Shown here: in pieces, positions 62,943 to 64,000 of the stretch
Numbering within the stretch: position 1 is the stretch's first letter
How the letters are laid out: each line of letters opens with the position of its first letter
NCBI GenBank assembly: GCA_000934665.2
Contig: KZ538157.1
Location: forward strand, 1 to 64,000
Direction of reading: 5' to 3'
DNA from: Catajapyx aquilonaris
Lineage: Eukaryota
Length of the DNA: 64,000 nucleotides
The notes under the pieces: model-generated
The model's input: only the letters and a program-made list of their open reading frames with translations
Databases searched by the model: none
Told to the model about the DNA's origin: nothing
Position numbers and translations under genes: made by a program

Positions 62943-63227
62943 GGGGCGGCATGGTGGTCTAGTGGTTACGCCACTGGCCAGCCAAGCGGGAGGCTGGGGT
63001 TCAAATCCCGTCCCCGTCACCTCTGTTAGGCCGGTCCTTTTTCCGTTTTTCACCCGACATGCCGGAACAGAATTGCACTCCCTTCTCTGCTCGGGGCCAG
63101 GAGAAAAGGCCTGGTGTTAAAGAATGTCAGAAATGGCTATCGCACGGCGCCCTCCCTTGGGAACTTCCCCTTCCTACATAAGAGGGCATCGAGCCCTATC
63201 ACGGGGTATTCAAAAAATAAGAAAAAA
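62943..63227 (+). mobile_element. tRNA-derived SINE, family C, full length
   Basis: A box TGGTCTAGTGG, B box GGTTCAAATCCC, body shared with 24432-24691, A-rich tail. Confidence 0.9.
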
Positions 63228-63565
63228 GGCATAAACAGGACGATTGAACAATCAGTCACGTTTGACCTCGCCCCATTGTTGTGTTCAATATGAAGCCGGA
63301 GAAATGGTATAGTCACCACAAAACTCTGGAATATTCATTCGTAAAGCTCTATCGAGTCCCGATAATGTTACCTATTATTTTCTAAATGCTCACTAATTCG
63401 CAAAACAATAATCTAATATGTATACCGCTACGGTTTATTACGACTCGTACTACAGCTGTCCATAAAGTGCTGGTAGCGGTGGACAGTGCTAGGATGGAGT
63501 GGTATCTGATAGTGCCAGACAAAATATATAGGGTAATGGTGTAAAATCCGCAACTTATTGTTACG

Positions 63566-63567
<2 letters not shown>

Positions 63568-63627
<60 letters not shown>

Positions 63628-63891
63628 TCATACCCCGTTATCAGCCAGCGGGTCTTTAGCGGGGATTTATTTTTTTGACTGGAACTCTTCGTTTCGTTTT
63701 TACTGCGCTTTTTGGGATAGGATATAGGAAAGGAAGGAGGCGGCTGTCGCCTATTAGTTTAGGAAACAACTCCGGAGGAACCGTGGGAAACCACAGAAAA
63801 CCACTGTTAGAGTTGCCGGCACCGGGATTCGAACCCAGGACCTCCCGATAAGCAGTCGGATACCATATCCCCTCCGCCACCACTGCTTCGG
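63568..63891 (-). mobile_element. SINE family E, second copy, with (ATT)n tail
   Basis: Colinear with 46940-47234; flanks TATTGTTA(TA)CGAT duplicated. Confidence 0.88.
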
Positions 63892-64000
63892 TATTGTTAT
63901 ACGATTATAGACTACCCTTTACCACAAAAAGGCCAACATTTCTCGCACACGAGTCAACGGCCTCACTTTGATTATTGCGTATCGACGTGAGCCACCTCAC

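Noticed and set aside
62943..63022. tRNA-like sequence (also the heads at 2775-2845, 44965-45040, 47150-47234, 54622-54690)
   Set aside because: A and B boxes are present but the cloverleaf stems are broken, and each continues into a repeated body with tail or TSD; these are SINE heads, not tRNA genes

Overview
Eukaryotic (metazoan, most likely arthropod) genomic DNA, about 60% AT, with one 85-N gap. Two spliced protein-coding genes face each other. (1) A complete 8-exon fatty acyl-CoA reductase on the + strand (5669-12507, 487 aa; TGATGFVG Rossmann motif, YxxxK, C-terminal hydrophobic helix). (2) A rapsyn (43 kDa receptor-associated protein of the synapse) gene on the - strand, with 8 coding exons traced from 33543 to 14810 (TPR repeats plus RING-H2; the true 5' end may lie further upstream). 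All proposed introns are GT-AG and phase-compatible. The rest is intron or intergenic DNA dense with small non-autonomous mobile elements: at least six tRNA-derived SINE families, three copies of a mini-Helitron, many hairpin MITEs (several nested), and a 2.15 kb foldback element carrying a MULE-type insert. The most striking unexplained signal is a strong excess of short TA-flanked motifs (TACAGTA/TACTGTA, TAGGCCTA, TAGGCTA, TACCGTA). In several places these are visibly insertions relative to sibling repeat copies, so they are probably transposon excision scars, and two lie in frame inside a rapsyn exon. No prokaryotic-type system, CRISPR array or intact transposase/RT ORF was seen. Counts were made by eye and family assignments come from motif recognition, not database searches.
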